Assembly: GCF_009914755.1 (NCBI RefSeq)
Contig: NC_060929.1
Length of the DNA: 64,000 nt
Reading direction: 5' to 3' (one strand)
Source: the human T2T-CHM13v2.0 reference genome, Homo sapiens
How positions within the stretch are numbered: the first letter of the stretch is position 1; each line of letters begins with the position of its first letter. The notes beneath the pieces were generated by a model. The model was not told where the DNA came from, ran no database searches, and worked only from the letters and a program-made list of their open reading frames with translations. Below are positions 62,685 to 64,000 of this stretch, one piece after another. Made by a program: the position numbers and the translations under genes.

Positions 62685-62966
62685 GGGTCTCACACTGTCG
62701 CCCAGGCCAGAGGGCAGTGGCATGATCATGGCTCAACATAACCTTGAGCTCCTGGGCTCAACTGATCCTCCCACCTCAGCTTCCAGATAGCTAGGACTAT
62801 AGGTGCACACCACCACGCCTGGCTAATTTTAAAAAAAAAATTTTTTTGTAGAGACAGGGTCTTGCTATGTTGCCCAGGCTGGACTCAAATACCTGGCTGC
62901 AAGTGATCCTCTCACCTTGGCCTCCCAAAGCACTGAGATTTCAGGCATGATCCACCTAGCCAAGCC
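62685..62966 (-). mobile_element. Tail-less AluJ inside an antisense MLT1 LTR (~62456-63080)
   Basis: Reverse Alu flanked by tgtgttagt...ctgctgtaacaaattactacaaacttagtgac MLT1 sequence. Confidence 0.85.
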
Positions 62967-63211
62967 AAAACTCAGTTCTTTATGGTTATAGGACTGAGAT
63001 CCCTGTTCCCCTGCAAACTGACAGCTGGCATTTAACCTTAGCTCTAGAGGCCTCTCCCCAGTCTTTGCATGTGGCTCTGTATATGTTTTTAAATTGTATA
63101 TATTTAAAGTGCACAACAGTGATGTTTTGATATACTGTACATATACAGTGAAATAATCACCATAGTCAAACAAATTAACATATCTATCTCCTCACTCACT
63201 TCTCTCTCTGC

Positions 63212-63229
63212 GTGTGAGTGTGTGTGTGT

Positions 63230-63274
<45 letters not shown>
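63212..63274. repeat. Imperfect (TG)n microsatellite
   Basis: Direct read. Confidence 0.95.
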
Positions 63275-63276
<2 letters not shown>

Positions 63277-64000
63277 TGTGGTCCTGAATATTTTAGAAGC
63301 AGCAATGGCTTGTCAAATTCTTCTCACACTTGAAATTTGTTTTACAGGGCTCATCTGATTACACTGGGCCTGCCTGAATAATTTCATCATTTTTACTGGT
63401 TCCAGAGATAAGAGCATAGACATTCTTAGGGGTTTATTATTCTGTTTACCATACCATCTATTTCTGTTGAGGCCGAACTATATTGCCTTATTATGACACA
63501 GATTAGGACCAGTGATCCCATGAAACTGGAGATAAAAATTGGGGTTTTCCTAACTTGAGAAAATAATAGTTTCAAAGTCCATATCTTTAACCTTGTGCCA
63601 ACATTCAAGTGATGAGTTGCAAGGTTTAGGGAAGAAGGAGAAGAAAGGGGATGATAATGATGATAATGATGATGATGGTGATACTAAAATGGGGAGGTAA
63701 ATAAAAATTCAGTTCCATGTGATTAAGCACCACAGTAGCAAAACTTGATTATACTCGAAATCAAAATGGCAATTCATTAAAACTACCAGATTTTAGTGCC
63801 CGATGTGTGGGCATATCGTACCCTTCAAAACACCAGTTCTGAAAGTCTTAAACATTTAAAATCCAATTCAATCTTTTTCCAATCATCAAAATATTATTCA
63901 ATATTACTTTCAAATGCCTTTATAATGGTTTCACAATTAGCGTGTTAATGTTACTGACTAATGTTACTGACTAAAGTACTGTTTCCTGAGTACTTTACGG

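Overview
Primate genomic DNA, very likely human chr5p13. The window holds the complete coding sequence of LMBRD2 on the minus strand: 17 coding exons from ATG 59639 to TAA 20330. All introns are GT-AG and phase-consistent, and the exons total 2088 nt (695 aa plus stop). A ~5.6 kb, TE-poor 3'UTR most likely ends near an AATAAA at 14716-14721. The non-coding first exon and promoter appear to lie beyond the right edge. The rest is intronic or intergenic DNA dense in transposon fossils (L1, Alu, L2, MIR, solo LTRs, MER75, Tigger3a, MER3, MER20). Nearly all ORFs in the supplied track are repeat-derived or random. I found no convincing new multi-gene system. The most notable small-scale oddities are: a TSD-flanked exact copy of the first 21 nt of 18S rRNA; overlapping stop/start uORFs just upstream of the LMBRD2 ATG; a 140-bp inverted self-duplication inside an intronic L1; a triplicated 102-bp Alu arm; and inverted Alu pairs flanking exons. 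Repeat family names come from recalled consensus sequences, not a database search.
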